DNA of 64,000 nucleotides from Eledone cirrhosa. Lineage: Eukaryota. The position numbers and the translations under genes are program-made. The notes beneath the pieces are model-generated. The model did not search any database. It worked only from the letters and a program-made list of their open reading frames with translations, and was not told the origin of the DNA. The DNA is taken from the NCBI GenBank assembly GCA_964016885.1, contig OZ024752.1:20274001-20338000 (forward strand), given 5' to 3'. Positions within the stretch are counted from its first letter, which is position 1, and every line of letters starts with the position of its first letter. Positions 1 through 13,939 of the stretch are shown here, piece after piece.

Positions 1-49
1 ATGAGTATATGACATCCTTGGTTAGGCATTTTTTATCTATATTTCATAC

Positions 50-82
<33 letters not shown>

Positions 83-207
83 AAAGAGAAAATTGAGAGT
101 GTATAACACTCAACTTATCAGATAGGCAGTATATGGTTAGCTCAATGTCTGAAGACAGAGCCGTAATACAATTAACAACAAAGAGCGCTTAGAACATAGG
201 TATATCT

Positions 208-261
208 TTAATTGCTGACAATGTTTCGTCCACACTAAAAGTGGGACTCTTCAGAGCTTAA
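208..261 (-). ncRNA. Minimal type I hammerhead ribozyme (pLTR copy 1)
   Basis: Minus strand: ttaagct CTGAAGA gtcc-cact ttt agtg-t-ggac GAAA c att GTC agcaattaa. Core, stem II, short stem III, GUC cleavage triplet and stem I gct/agc are all present. Confidence 0.85.
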
Positions 262-428
262 AGAGTAGATACAGAGTATAGAAGCATTAACAAATCCAAA
301 ACAGAAGAATATAATGTGGGGATATCATAAGGTGGGAGGAATTTAAAGTATATTTCATGTACAAGATAAGGAATAAAGGATAAAAAATAAAAGATAAAAA
401 ATAAAAAATAAAAAATAAAATCAAGCAA

Positions 429-596
429 AGGTAGGGTTAGCCCAGAGACAGTATATATATATATATATATACACACATATATACACATACACACACACGC
501 ACATAACACCGGTCACCCAAAATCCGCACTATATCCGCGTAAATTTTGGGTGACCGGTGTTATGTGTGTGTGTGTGTGTGTGTATGTGTATATATT

Positions 597-655
<59 letters not shown>

Positions 656-677
656 TGTCTCTGGGCTAACCCTACCT
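429..677. repeat. Internal fold-back palindrome (arms 429-523 and 543-677, 19-nt spacer)
   Basis: aggtagggttagcccagagacag...acataacaccggtcacccaaaat is mirrored by attttgggtgaccggtgttatgt...ctgtctctgggctaaccctacct. Arms differ mainly in microsatellite length. Confidence 0.9.
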
Positions 678-2376
678 GTATTCTTGTGATACCAGATACC
701 AGCGACGTTACTCAGTGTTGTGATTTTGAGAGGTTATTGGCTCTGAAAGCTATTTGCTATGCACGTTGTTGAGTGTTAAATTTGCCACTTGTATTTTGTA
801 TTTAGTATTTTATATTAAGTGGTATGCATAATAATAACCTGCTTCACCTAACCGTATGGAACCATCTGCTTTTGCCTGCTTTTATTCACTGATATGCACC
901 TCAATTGTTTGCCCTTTGATGTTCGCATTGCTATATAAGAATTTGCCTGCAACCTTCCCAGCATATGTTCCTGCTTGAGATATGTTTATGGATACATCTT
1001 GTCAACCAATGATTTTTGCCTGAGTACTCAACTTTATGAATGCACATCCGCGGATTGAACTTTGAAGTATGAACTTTTGGGATTGTCTAACCTAGGATGT
1101 CTCCATTATATTGTAATAGTCCACTCATCTAGTGTGGACATCGCATCTGCTTATAAAGGTCTCATTCGAACACTCTATTGTTTGACTGCTGCTAATTGCA
1201 ACACCTAAAATTTTCTTGTATTCCTGATATATTCCTTATATCACCATGAATCAATATTAGTGTCACCTTATAATTTCTAAATTTTCTTAAAACATTATGA
1301 GTACTTTATATTAGTATTTAACAAAATTTTTATTTTTATTTTAATTTTATTTTATTAACTCAATTTACTGACATTATTTCCAATATTAGGAAACTAGCAC
1401 CTATACTACTATTATCATTACATGCCTTCATTATCATCCATATTATCCTTATTACCTTATTTACCCCCAGTTATTTTTATAAATATGTATTATTTTGACT
1501 GATATATATATATATCCTTATATATATGTTTCTTTTATATATTTTATATATTTTACGTATATCACTTGTTGCACATAGCTTGATAACTTATACCTTTGCC
1601 AGTCTCATCTTTATTCTCACCTTCCTTTATGGTGTATATTTTACTTTATTTTTTATCTAGTTTTTATCTATTTTTATCTCTTAACTTTTTTTAAAAAAAA
1701 TTTTTTTACCATGCATTTTATACTTTTTATATTCTTATTCCTTTATTGTTTATTTCTCATCCATTACGGTGTACTCCTTATGAGTTTCCTACCATGTATG
1801 TTCCTTCCGTTATTTGTCCTTATGTTCCCATATTTTTATATGTTTTTATAATTTATTATATCTCTTTATATTGTACTCCTCCATGTTATATGTCATCGTT
1901 TCTACTGTTATTGCTATATTTTGTCACAGTATGGAGTATGTGCCCATCCGTTTTTGATATGTTATTTGTATTAGTGTATACTTTCTGTATTGCTTATGGG
2001 TGCTTGGGTGTAGGTGCATGCGGGTGCTCATGCTTATACGTATACTTTTATGTGAGTGTATGCATACGTAGCTGTGTGTTAACCAATCACATCATTGCTT
2101 CCATGATTGCCGGTCATAATATAACCCTACCCAACTGTGAGTGATAACATTTTAGATCTGTATCCTTATTAGTATTAGTATATTCCTCATATTCACTATC
2201 TTTTGCTTGATTTTATTTTTTATTTTTTATTTTTTATTTTGTATTTTTTATCTTTTATCCTTTATTCCTTATCTTGTACATGAAAAATACTTTAAATTCC
2301 TCCCACCTTATGATATCCCCACATTATATTCTTCTGTTTTGGATTTGTTAATGCTTCTATACTCTGTATCTACTCT

Positions 2377-2430
2377 TTAAGCTCTGAAGAGTCCCACTTT
2401 TAGTGTGGACGAAACATTGTCAGCAATTAA
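2377..2430 (+). ncRNA. Minimal type I hammerhead ribozyme (pLTR copy 2)
   Basis: CTGAAGA at 2384-2390, stem II 2391-2410, GAAA 2411-2414, predicted cleavage after GTC at 2421. Confidence 0.85.
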
Positions 2431-2469
2431 AGATATACCTATGTTCTAAGCGCTCTTTGTTGTTAATTG

Positions 2470-4103
<1,634 letters not shown>

Positions 4104-4104
4104 C

Positions 4105-4181
<77 letters not shown>

Positions 4182-4456
4182 CATATATATACATATATAT
4201 ACATATACATATATATATATATATACATATATATACATATATATATATACATATATATATATATACATACATATACATACATACATATACATACATATAT
4301 ATATATACATACATATACATATATATACATATATATATATATATATACATACATATACATATATATATATATATATACATATACATACATATATATATAC
4401 ATACATATACATATATATACATATATACATACATATACATATATATACATATATAT

Positions 4457-4505
<49 letters not shown>

Positions 4506-4510
4506 TATAC

Positions 4511-4545
<35 letters not shown>

Positions 4546-4630
4546 CATATATATATACACACATATATATATATACACATATATATATATATACACATAT
4601 ATATATACACATATATATATATACACATAC

Positions 4631-4661
<31 letters not shown>

Positions 4662-4770
4662 CATATACATATATATATACACACATATATATACACATAC
4701 ATATATATATACACATATATATATACACATACATATATATATACACATATATATATACACATACATATAT

Positions 4771-4813
<43 letters not shown>

Positions 4814-4909
4814 CACATATATATATACATATATATATACACATATATATATGCATATATATACATATATATATATACATATATATACATATATATATAT
4901 GCATATATA

Positions 4910-5717
4910 TCATCATCATCAACGTTTAACGTCCGTGTTCCACGCTTGCATGGGTTTGGACGGGGGTAGTCCCACTTGAGGCAAGAGTGATTGTCTTGCT
5001 CGCATAGGACTGTCTGGCAGGTTTTCTACAGTTGGATGCCCTTCCTAACACCAACCACATTTACAGTGTGGGTCTGGGAGGTTTTTACCGTGTTGCCTAC
5101 ACGGCCACATTACAGCGTGGACTGTGTGTTTTTTTGTCGTGACACCTACACGATCTCATTTGTCTCGGCCTGGATGGCGCGGCACCAACATAACTTTACA
5201 TAGAACGGGGGTGGGCCGGCTGTATTTTGTTAGAGATGCCTACTGGCTGGAGTAGGTTTTACTATATATTTAGGTAAGGCGGGTCTTCTCTGTTACTGAG
5301 TACCACCAAAGGTCTCGGTCCAGTGACATTGTCTTGGAGAGGTGTAAGTGTGTGATGTCGGAGTTTATCAGCTCGTCCCAGGTTTTTCTAGGTCTGCCTA
5401 TTCCGTGACTACCGTCTATCTTTATTGCCCTGCACTTTGTTATACAGCTATCGACTTTCATGCGCATCACGTGTCCATACCAACGTAGCCTTCTCTCGAG
5501 TAAACAACATCTGATCCCTCTTATCTCTAATTTTTTCCTTAGTTCGTTTATGCTTTGCCGTTCACGTATATTACTGTTACACATCCAGCGGAGCATGCAA
5601 GCTTCGTTCCTCTCTAGTCTGCGTATATCCTCTGCACACAATGCCCAGGTCTCACTGCTATGCAGCATTGCTGTTCGTATGCAGGCATCGTACAACCTGC
5701 CTTTCATTTTTAGGGAG
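4910..5717 (-). mobile_element. 5'-truncated RTE-clade LINE (3' end with long 3'UTR)
   Basis: [19 protein letters not shown]...GRPRKTWDE, stop at 5270. 3'UTR contains gttggtgttaggaagggcatcc and ends in (GAT)n. Confidence 0.92.
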
Positions 5718-5728
5718 AATATATATAC

Positions 5729-5777
<49 letters not shown>

Positions 5778-6197
5778 CACATATATATACACATATATAT
5801 ATACACATATATATATACACATATATATATACATATATATATTTACATATATACATATATATATATTTACATATATTCATATATATATATTTACATATAT
5901 TCATATGTATTTACATATATACACATATATTTACATATATATTTACATATATACATATACATATATACATATGTATATACATATACATATATACATATGC
6001 ATATGTATATACATATGCATATGTATATACATATGCATATATATATACATATGCATATATATATATATATGCATATATATATACATATGCATATATATAT
6101 ACATATACATATACATATATACATATACATATATATATATACATATACACATATACATATATATATACATATATACATACATATACATACATATATA

Positions 6198-6350
6198 TCA
6201 TCATCATTTCATTTTACGTCCGCTTTTTCCCTGCTTGCAAGGGTGGGACGGGAACTGATTCTGGCTTGATTTCTACAGCTGGATGCCCTTCCTAACACCA
6301 ACCTCATTTACAGTGAGTGCTGGGTGCTTTTTTGCCGTGGCACCTCCACG
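6198..6350 (-). mobile_element. RTE 3'UTR fragment
   Basis: Matches the 46060-46320 3'UTR (gaggttggtgttaggaagggcatccagctgtagaaatcaagccaga) and has a (GAT)n tail. Confidence 0.85.
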
Positions 6351-6499
6351 CGTTTTAACATATTGTTTAGCTCTAGTTTTCTTAACTATTGGAGCGCTTA
6401 CCAGCATTTCTATGATTTTGCGTTTCGTTTCGCTTTTTCTACCAGCCGAAATACGATTCTTGCTGTATTTATATTTATATATATATATATATAAATATA

Positions 6500-6630
6500 T
6501 ATGATGATTTCTCACAAATGAAACAGTTCTAGTCCTGTAGAAGCTCTTCTATATTAAAACATTTATACTCTGCTATATATTGAGTACCTTACTTACTGTG
6601 GTTACCTCCGATTCAACCCGGAATAACTTA
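6500..6630 (+). mobile_element. Short PLE pLTR fragment with truncated hammerhead and two-hairpin tail
   Basis: (a)TGATGA ttt ctcac aaa t GAAA c agttcta GTC, then ACTC..TT-GAGT, N8, TACTG and a hairpin at 6601-6627. (AT)n on both sides. Confidence 0.55.
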
Positions 6631-6754
6631 TATATACATATATATACATACATACATATATATATACATACACATACATACATATACATATACATACATA
6701 CAAATACATATACATACACATATATATACATACATATACATATATACATATACA

Positions 6755-7366
6755 TATGGTGGCTGCCAACTCGTTTTCGAGTACGGCCACTACCTTATAT
6801 CCATGTAGGAGAACCCCTACCGATGCGCTGAACGAGTGTGACTTTTTAGTCCAGCCAGCGACTTGAAAACTCTGGTACAAACACTACACTTGTGACAACT
6901 ATTGACGCATAGTGCTGGGCCCATGGTACCATGTGATGACAAGTGCAGAGTGATCTCCAGAGATAAAGCAATGCCTGTGCCATGAAGCTTTTATAGTGAG
7001 CAAAGGCACCGCACAAAGCCAGTCCCACTCTCTTAACCAAGATGATATTTACCAAAAAGAAGAACAAGTCAACATCATTGGATACCATCAGGGTTGCAGG
7101 TGTTATATCAGAGTTTTCCTTCTCCTAGAATTCTGCCTTGACAAAGGCTAAGGGGTCATCTCTCCCGGTGATTTTGGATGGCCATTGACTCTTAAGAGCT
7201 CCTTTGCCCTTTTGACAGGTTTTGTTTTTAGTCCTGCAGGATGTCCAAAGTCACCCTCCTCACCAAGAAACCTTGGTGGAGTTGCCAGTTTAGTCACCAA
7301 CGACCCGACCATGGGACAGGTTGTACTGGAATACATGTTACCAGTAGCACCAACTGGTGACCTGAC
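6755..7366 (-). mobile_element. Internally deleted RTE (BovB-like) element: putative 5'UTR joined to C-terminal C2H2 finger and 3'UTR
   Basis: 6897-6817 translates CHKCSVCTRVFKSLAGLKSHTRSAHR*, the terminal C2H2 finger typical of BovB-like RTE ORFs. 7090-7366 resembles an RTE 5'UTR. Flanked by (AT)n. Confidence 0.6.
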
Positions 7367-7607
7367 ATAATATATACATATATACATACATACACATATA
7401 TATATACATACATACACATATACATACATATATATACATATACATATATATATACATATATATACATACATATACATACATACACATACATATACATACA
7501 TACACATACATATATATATACATACACATATATATATACATACACACATATATATATACATACACATATATATATACATACACATATATATATACATACA
7601 CATATAC

Positions 7608-7660
<53 letters not shown>

Positions 7661-7809
7661 CATATACATATACATATATACATATACATATATATATATA
7701 TATACATATACATATACATATATACATATACATATTATATATACATATATATATATACATATACATACACATACATATATATATATATATATATACATAC
7801 ACACCTTAA

Positions 7810-8115
7810 CACAATATGCACCCCACCACACACCCCCTACTCCATCATCCTATTTCTGTGCACTGTAAAGTGGTCGTGCAGGTGTGACAACAAAAAGCTC
7901 CTAGTCCACACTGTAAAGTGGCTGTGTAGGCGACACGGTAAAAGGGCTCTCAGTCCACACTGTAAATGTAGTTGGTGTTAGGAAGGGCATCTAGCCATAG
8001 AAAACGTGCCAGATACATTTCTATGCGAGCAAGACACAGTCACCTGACCAATCTTGCCTCAAGTGAGTCAACCCATGCTAGCGTGGATGATAGACGTTAA
8101 ACGATGATGATGATG
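7810..8115 (+). mobile_element. Diverged RTE 3'UTR fragment
   Basis: Three cacactgtaaa units, ttggtgttaggaagggcatc, cccatgctagcgtgga and a (GAT)n tail. Confidence 0.8.
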
Positions 8116-8699
8116 TAGGTGTGTTTGTGTGTAGTAGATATCCAAGGTGGGAAAAAGGAAAACAGTGCTCCATCAAATTTGAGAGCTGATAAATATATAT
8201 ATACATACACACACACACACACCCATATATATATATGTAGTAGTTTCTTCAGTCTACCAAATTTCACTGACAGAGCATTGGTGAACCTGAAGTTATAATA
8301 GAAGAAAATTGTCCCAAGGTAGCACACAATGAGATTGATTCCAAAAGCACATAGTTGCAATGTGAACTCCTTAACCACACAGCCATATTTGATAGTTAAG
8401 AAATATCAAGAGACCAATAAAACAAGAAAATAAGGCAAAACAATAAATAAAGAGAACTAAAATTCCAGTGGAGAAACAAAGACAAAACAGTTCAAGAAAT
8501 TTAGAACCTGTTTAAAAAAGTTCCAGAGTTTTTCAATGAAGGTTAAAGAAAGCAGAAATTAATAATACAAGTAGCTTGCATTCCCCTAGTTCTATTCCTT
8601 TGTGGCAAATACAATTTAATTAATAAAGTTTAATTAGCCATAAATGAATACATACCATATGAATATTTTATACCTTCAATTACAGAGTTAACCCTTTAG

Positions 8700-9725
8700 C
8701 ATTTACATTACTTTGTATTTACTATTGTATTTTCATGGTAAACACTTTATCTCATATAATATCTCACATAACATTTACATTACTCTGTATTTACCATTGT
8801 ATTTTCATGGTAAACACTTTATTTCATATAATATCTCACATAATATTTACATTACTCTGTTGTATTTACTATTGTATTTTCATGGTAAACACTTTATCTC
8901 ATATAATATCTCACATAACATTTACATTACTCTCATCATCATCATCGTTTAACGTCCATATTCCACGCTTGCATGGGTTTGGACGGGAGTTTTCCCACTT
9001 GAGGCAAGAGTGGTTGTCTTGCTCGCATAGGACTGTCTGGCGGGTTTTCTACGGCTGGATGCCCTTCCTAACACCAACCACATTTACTCTCTATTTACTA
9101 TTGTATTTTCATGGTAAACACTTTATTTCATATAATATCTCACATAACATTTACATTACTTTGTATTTACTATTGTATTTTCATGGTAAACACTTTATTT
9201 CATATAATATCTCACATAACATTTACATTACTTTGTATTTACTATTGTATTTTCATGGTAAACACTTTATTTCATATAATATCTCACATAACATTTACAT
9301 TACTCTGTATTTACTATTGTATTTTCATGGTAAACACTTTATTTCATATAATATCTCACATAACATTTACATTACTTTGTATTTACTATTGTATTTTCAT
9401 GGTAAACACTTTATTTCATATAATATCTCACATAACATTTACATTACTCTGTATTTACTATTGTATTTTCATGGTAAACACTTTATTTCATATAATATCT
9501 CACATAACATTTACATTACTCTGTATTTACTATTGTATTTTCATGGTAAACACTTTATTTCATATAATATCTCACATAACATTTACATTACTTTGTATTT
9601 ACTATTGTATTTTCATGGTAAACACTTTATTTCATATAATATCTCACATAACATTTACATTACTTTGTATTTACTATTGTATTTTCATGGTAAACACTTT
9701 ATTTCATATAATATCTCACATAATA
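8700..9725. repeat. 72-bp tandem repeat (~12 units, interrupted)
   Basis: Unit ctttgtatttactattgtattttcatggtaaacactttatttcatataatatctcacataacatttacatta; period 72 (atggtaaac at 9111 and 9183). Confidence 0.95.
8934..9086 (-). mobile_element. RTE 3'UTR fragment inserted in the 72-bp array
   Basis: Near-identical to 4910-5065 and to 39455-39633 (reverse complement); (GAT)n tail. Confidence 0.88.
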
Positions 9726-9861
9726 TCGAATCTACGAGATTTTTATATTATTTATTTTAAGAACAATACCTTAACGTAAGTATGAATGACCAGTTACAGA
9801 AAGAAGCGAGATAATTCTGGCCGAATATAGTTGGTTTAAAATGTTCAATCATTTGTATTAT

Positions 9862-10050
9862 AATAATTGTTTCTACTTTAGGCACAAGGCCAGCAATTAC
9901 CAGTGCATTACTGGTACTTTATTTTATCGACCCCGTAAGGATGAAAGGCAAAGTCAACCTCGGCGGGATTTGAACTCAGATGGTAAAGGGACGTAACTAT
10001 GCTGGAAAGCATGGCGTCCGACCCTCTACCGATACTGCCAATCCACCGCC
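9862..10050 (-). mobile_element. tRNA-derived SINE (Meta/MESC-like central domain)
   Basis: A box TGGCAGTATCGG, B box GAGTTCAAATCCC, body gcctttcatccttacggggtcgataaaataaagtaccag. Flanking direct repeat tttgtattataataat. Confidence 0.85.
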
Positions 10051-10065
10051 CTTTTGTATTATAAT

Positions 10066-10286
10066 AATGGTTTCTGATTTAGACACAAGGCCAACAATTT
10101 GGGAGAAAGAGGGGAAAGTTTATTAAATCGACCCCAGTGCGTTACTGGTACTTTATTTTATCAACCCCGTAAGGATGAAAGGCAAAGCTAACCTCGGTGG
10201 GATTTGAACTAGAACATAAAGAGCCATAACACTATGCTACAACGCATGTTGTCCAACGCTCTGCCGATTCTGCAAATCCAATGCCC
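10066..10286 (-). mobile_element. tRNA-derived SINE, same family (older copy)
   Basis: Same A/B boxes and central domain; adjacent to the previous copy. Partial copies at ~11395-11530 and ~12497-12625. Confidence 0.8.
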
Positions 10287-10849
10287 TTGTAATAATAATA
10301 AAGATAGTAAAGATATGACTATGGTTACAAAATTCAGATCGAGTGGACCCTATTGTCTGAAATATTGGGTGGACTTTATTGTCTGAAATATCAGAATTAC
10401 AGAATCAAATATAGACAGAATATTTAGTGAATGGTTTAGTGAATGGACGTGATATAAAATATACAATAAGTTAGTGAAGCAAGCAGTTAAATAGCAATAT
10501 AAAGAGCTGAAGACCAGTGTTACCAGGGTGGAAGGTGAGAGAATAATGAAAAATGGGGTGAACTGAGTGAGTTAAAGTTAGGGAACAATCAACAAGTTTA
10601 AAAGGAGCAGAGGATGCTGTTGTATCAGGGTTTGTTTTTTTTTAAACATAAAAAATAAAATAGTGATGGAGTAGGAAGAAGAAGGGCATTTCTTCCAAGA
10701 AAATATAGAATTTGAACCAAACACAAAATGATTCAACAGAAACACCAAATTCACTGACATATTGAGAGTTGCTGGCAACTGGAAAACACACAGAATAAAC
10801 ATGATTCCCCCAACTTCTAGCTGAATCACCTCACCAATACACATGGTTT

Positions 10850-11300
10850 CATGGCAACAGCTGACTGGATGTAGGACGGGGAAACTACTTTAATCCCCCT
10901 AAACAAAAACACCATATGCCGACCATATTCAATAGGTCGCACTGCTTGCACAGTTTCCCTTGATTCTCAGAGGCCATCCAATTATATTGTTCATCATATT
11001 CAGCAGATCAGAGGGAGTGCAGTTTATATTGTCAAATATCTGCTTGTGAGCATATAACATGTCCACCAACAATGTATAAAACTGCCACATCAATAATATA
11101 CAACCAGGAAAGCAACAATATGCTAGCAGAAAGGAAAGAGCAGCTGCTGGTGAATTTGGTCATTATAGAAGATTGGAAAAAGAGGAAAACAAACCTCAGC
11201 ATGGCCTCAATTGACCACCAAAAGGCATTTGACTGCATTCCACACTTTTGGTCAGATCGGACCAGAGACACTATGTTTCCTTTGTTCTTTTCCATTGCTA
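10850..11300 (+). pseudogene. Degraded non-LTR RT fragment (R4/Dong-like)
   Basis: KEQLLVN...KKRKTNLSMASIDHQKAFDCIPH resembles the RT motif (NL.MAWIDY.KAFDSVPH) of RLE-type LINEs. Confidence 0.6.
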
Positions 11301-11701
11301 TACTATAGGTTGCTCAGAATGCAGAGAGCCAGATCAGATACCACAAAACATCCCTTCTGACTCTTTAACAGTTTACACCAATTTACCATTCCTGAACTGG
11401 CACTTTATTGATACCAAAAAGATGAAGGGCAAATCTGACCTCGACAGGATTTGAACTCAGATTGCAGAGAGCTGAAACAAATACCAAGGTATTTAATCCA
11501 ATACTTTAATGCCTCTGTCAATTTGCCTCACTTGAAATAATTCAGTAAAAACTTAAAGCTACTTGCCAAGACCAACAGCTGCTCTTGACATTATCCATTC
11601 TCTGCTTCTTAAATAAAGAATAATGGAGAAGAAAGGAGATGTGAAGAGGAGTGTGAGAGGTGGTGGTATAGAGAAAGTAGAGTGAGGAGAATAAAACATA
11701 C

Positions 11702-11857
11702 CCACGGCACAGTTTTTCTCATCAGTCATGTCTAAGCAATCATAAACACCATTGCATATTTGAGATCGATGGAGACATATCACTTTGAAGGTTTTCCAAG
11801 ATCGACATTTTAACTCTGGCCTACACATCCGTATCCGTTGTTGGGTAGTGTTTATCT
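11702..11857 (-). CDS. Host gene exon: LDL-receptor class A repeat 2
   Basis: ttctag| ... |gtatgt, 156 nt, phase 1-1. EINTTQQRIRMCRPELKCRSWKTFKVICLHRSQICNGVYDCLDMTDEKNCAV has 6 Cys and the D-x-x-D-E motif. Confidence 0.9.
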
Positions 11858-13144
11858 CTAGAAGGCAGAATTAACAATCAATACGTCATCGTTCGTTTAG
11901 CGTTTAACGTCCATTTTTCCTGCTAGCAAATTTTGGAGCTAGCGATTGTCACTTATTGTTAATTGAAGCAACTTTGTGTCATCATTAGTTGCTTCTACAT
12001 TAATTGCTTCACATATTACAGCAACCAGTGGAAGAGCTTGTTAGTGATGCGAACTGTTAACTACAGAACCTATTAAAGGAACACTTATTAAGGGAGCTTC
12101 CACAATAAAGGAATGACAGTTGGTCCCATGACCAGCCACCAGAATTTCTGTTAAGCTTGAACCAATATGAGAATTTTGCTTACCAAATTCCCTACCTTCT
12201 TTAGAATGGTATTCACATGGGCCATTAAAGGAACTTGTCTCTTGATTTGCTCAATGTAATAGCTAAACCCCAAGCTCGTGGTATTATCAGTTAGTTTCAA
12301 CATGCAAACCAAAGATGCCAAAAATATCCTTTTTTTTTGACAAGGCATATAGTCAATGTTGATTATGGGATGGAATTTAGTACCTTAACCTTTTTGTGAC
12401 CCTATTTCTAACAAGAAAATATTACCTTTGTGTTTTAATTATCAATGAAAATAAGAATTATAAAAGGTTTGAATGAAATGAATAACTTTCAACTTAATCG
12501 TTTCTGATTTAGGCACAAGGCCAACAATTTTGGAGGAGGGGAAAGTTGATTACAACGACCCCAGTATGTGACTGGTACTTTATTTTATTAGCCCGCAAGG
12601 ATGAAAGGCAAAGCTAACCTCAGAAGAAAAGACATATTTAACTAGTGAAATCTAATTTCATCTGTTATGTAATAATGAGATTCCAGTCCAAGATTTGAAT
12701 GTAAATGTGAACAAATTAATAGTTTCAGGTGGGTTAGTATTTAAAGGGTTAAACTAGCCCCAATAGATAACTGATACTTATTTTCTCAACATTAATGATT
12801 CTAAATGTAAAGAGGAGTGGGGGAATCAAAGAGATATCACGATTTCTATAGTTTCAGGATTCAATAAGGTGTATTTCGGAACATATTAGGTGCTAGTTTC
12901 AGGGATAACTACAAAAGCTGTGGAGGAAACATTACAGAAGATTGAAGTAAAAAAAATAAAGATGAGGAGGAGAAAAAATAGAAACATATAAAAACTGAGG
13001 TAAAAAATGTAAAATAAAACAAAGACGGATGAAGAAGTAATACATTTTGTTGTTTGTTTCTTTGGTCTTAGTACAGATGTGTAGTGTTGGTGCAGGGGTT
13101 TGTAACAGATGACTGTAATACATGTGTGGTTTTTGTATAGGTGT

Positions 13145-13712
13145 CTGTAACAGAACTACCATGTCACAATAGTTCACTGTAACAGAATTGCCATGTCACA
13201 ACAGTTCACTGTAACAGAACTGCCATGTCACATCAGTTCAATGTAACAGAACTACCATGTCACATCAGTTCAATGTAACAGAACTACCATGTCACAACAG
13301 TTCACTGTAACAGAACTACCAGGTCACAACAGTTCACTGTAACAGAACTACCAGGTCACAACAGTTCACTGTAACAGAACTGCCATGTTACAACAGTTCA
13401 CTGTAACAGAACTGCCATGTCACATCAGTTCACTGTAACAGAACTACCATGTTACAACAGTTCACTGTAACAGAACTGCCATGTTACAACAGTTCACTGT
13501 AACAGAACTGCCATGTCACAACAGTTCACTGTAACAGAACTGCCATGTCACAACAGTTCACTGTAACAAAACTGCCATGTCACAACAGTTCACTGTAACA
13601 GAACTGCCATGTCACAACAGTTCACTGTAACAGGACTGCCATGTCACAACAGTTCACTGTAACAGGACTGCCATGTCACAACAGTTCACTCTAACAGGAC
13701 TGCCATGTTACA
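13145..13712. repeat. 32-bp minisatellite (~18 units)
   Basis: Unit ctgtaacagaactgccatgtcacaacagttca. Confidence 0.95.
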
Positions 13713-13939
13713 ATGGAAGGAATATAATGTTATAGATTGCCAAGACACTGTTATAGATTGATTTAGTAAGTAATCTAGATGTAACCTGCTACAGTGCTGT
13801 TGTATTACTCATTTCAGAACAAAAGCATGTGCAGGCAGGTTAGTTGATATGAGCCCATTGTTTTAATTGTAACATTGAAACTGTGTTACAAATACCTTTA
13901 AATCCTACTTCTTTATACTATTCTATTACTCTAGCAATT

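Larger units (their letters stand above)
82..2472. mobile_element. Non-autonomous Penelope-like element with inverted pseudo-LTRs
   Basis: ~265-bp inverted repeat (166-429 vs 2202-2472), each arm with a hammerhead core. Left copy has an extra tail (82-165). (AT)n on both flanks. No intact ORF; only faint RT-like words (LRYV, AHPRIE) near 975-1060. Confidence 0.8.
8688..9845. mobile_element. piggyBac-like (TTAA) MITE with internal 72-bp tandem expansion
   Basis: Begins TTAA CCCTTTAGCATTTA. Both the repeat unit and 9725-9845 align with the reverse complement of the intact MITE at 48801-49028. Confidence 0.75.

Noticed and set aside
1746-2144. 132-aa hydrophobic ORF
   Set aside because: T-rich PLE 3'UTR that yields F/L/Y/I-biased chance ORFs; TTG start; no motif.
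8713-9779. 341-aa and 222-aa ORFs with 24-aa periodicity
   Set aside because: A by-product of the 72-bp unit being a multiple of three; the sequence is MITE-derived.
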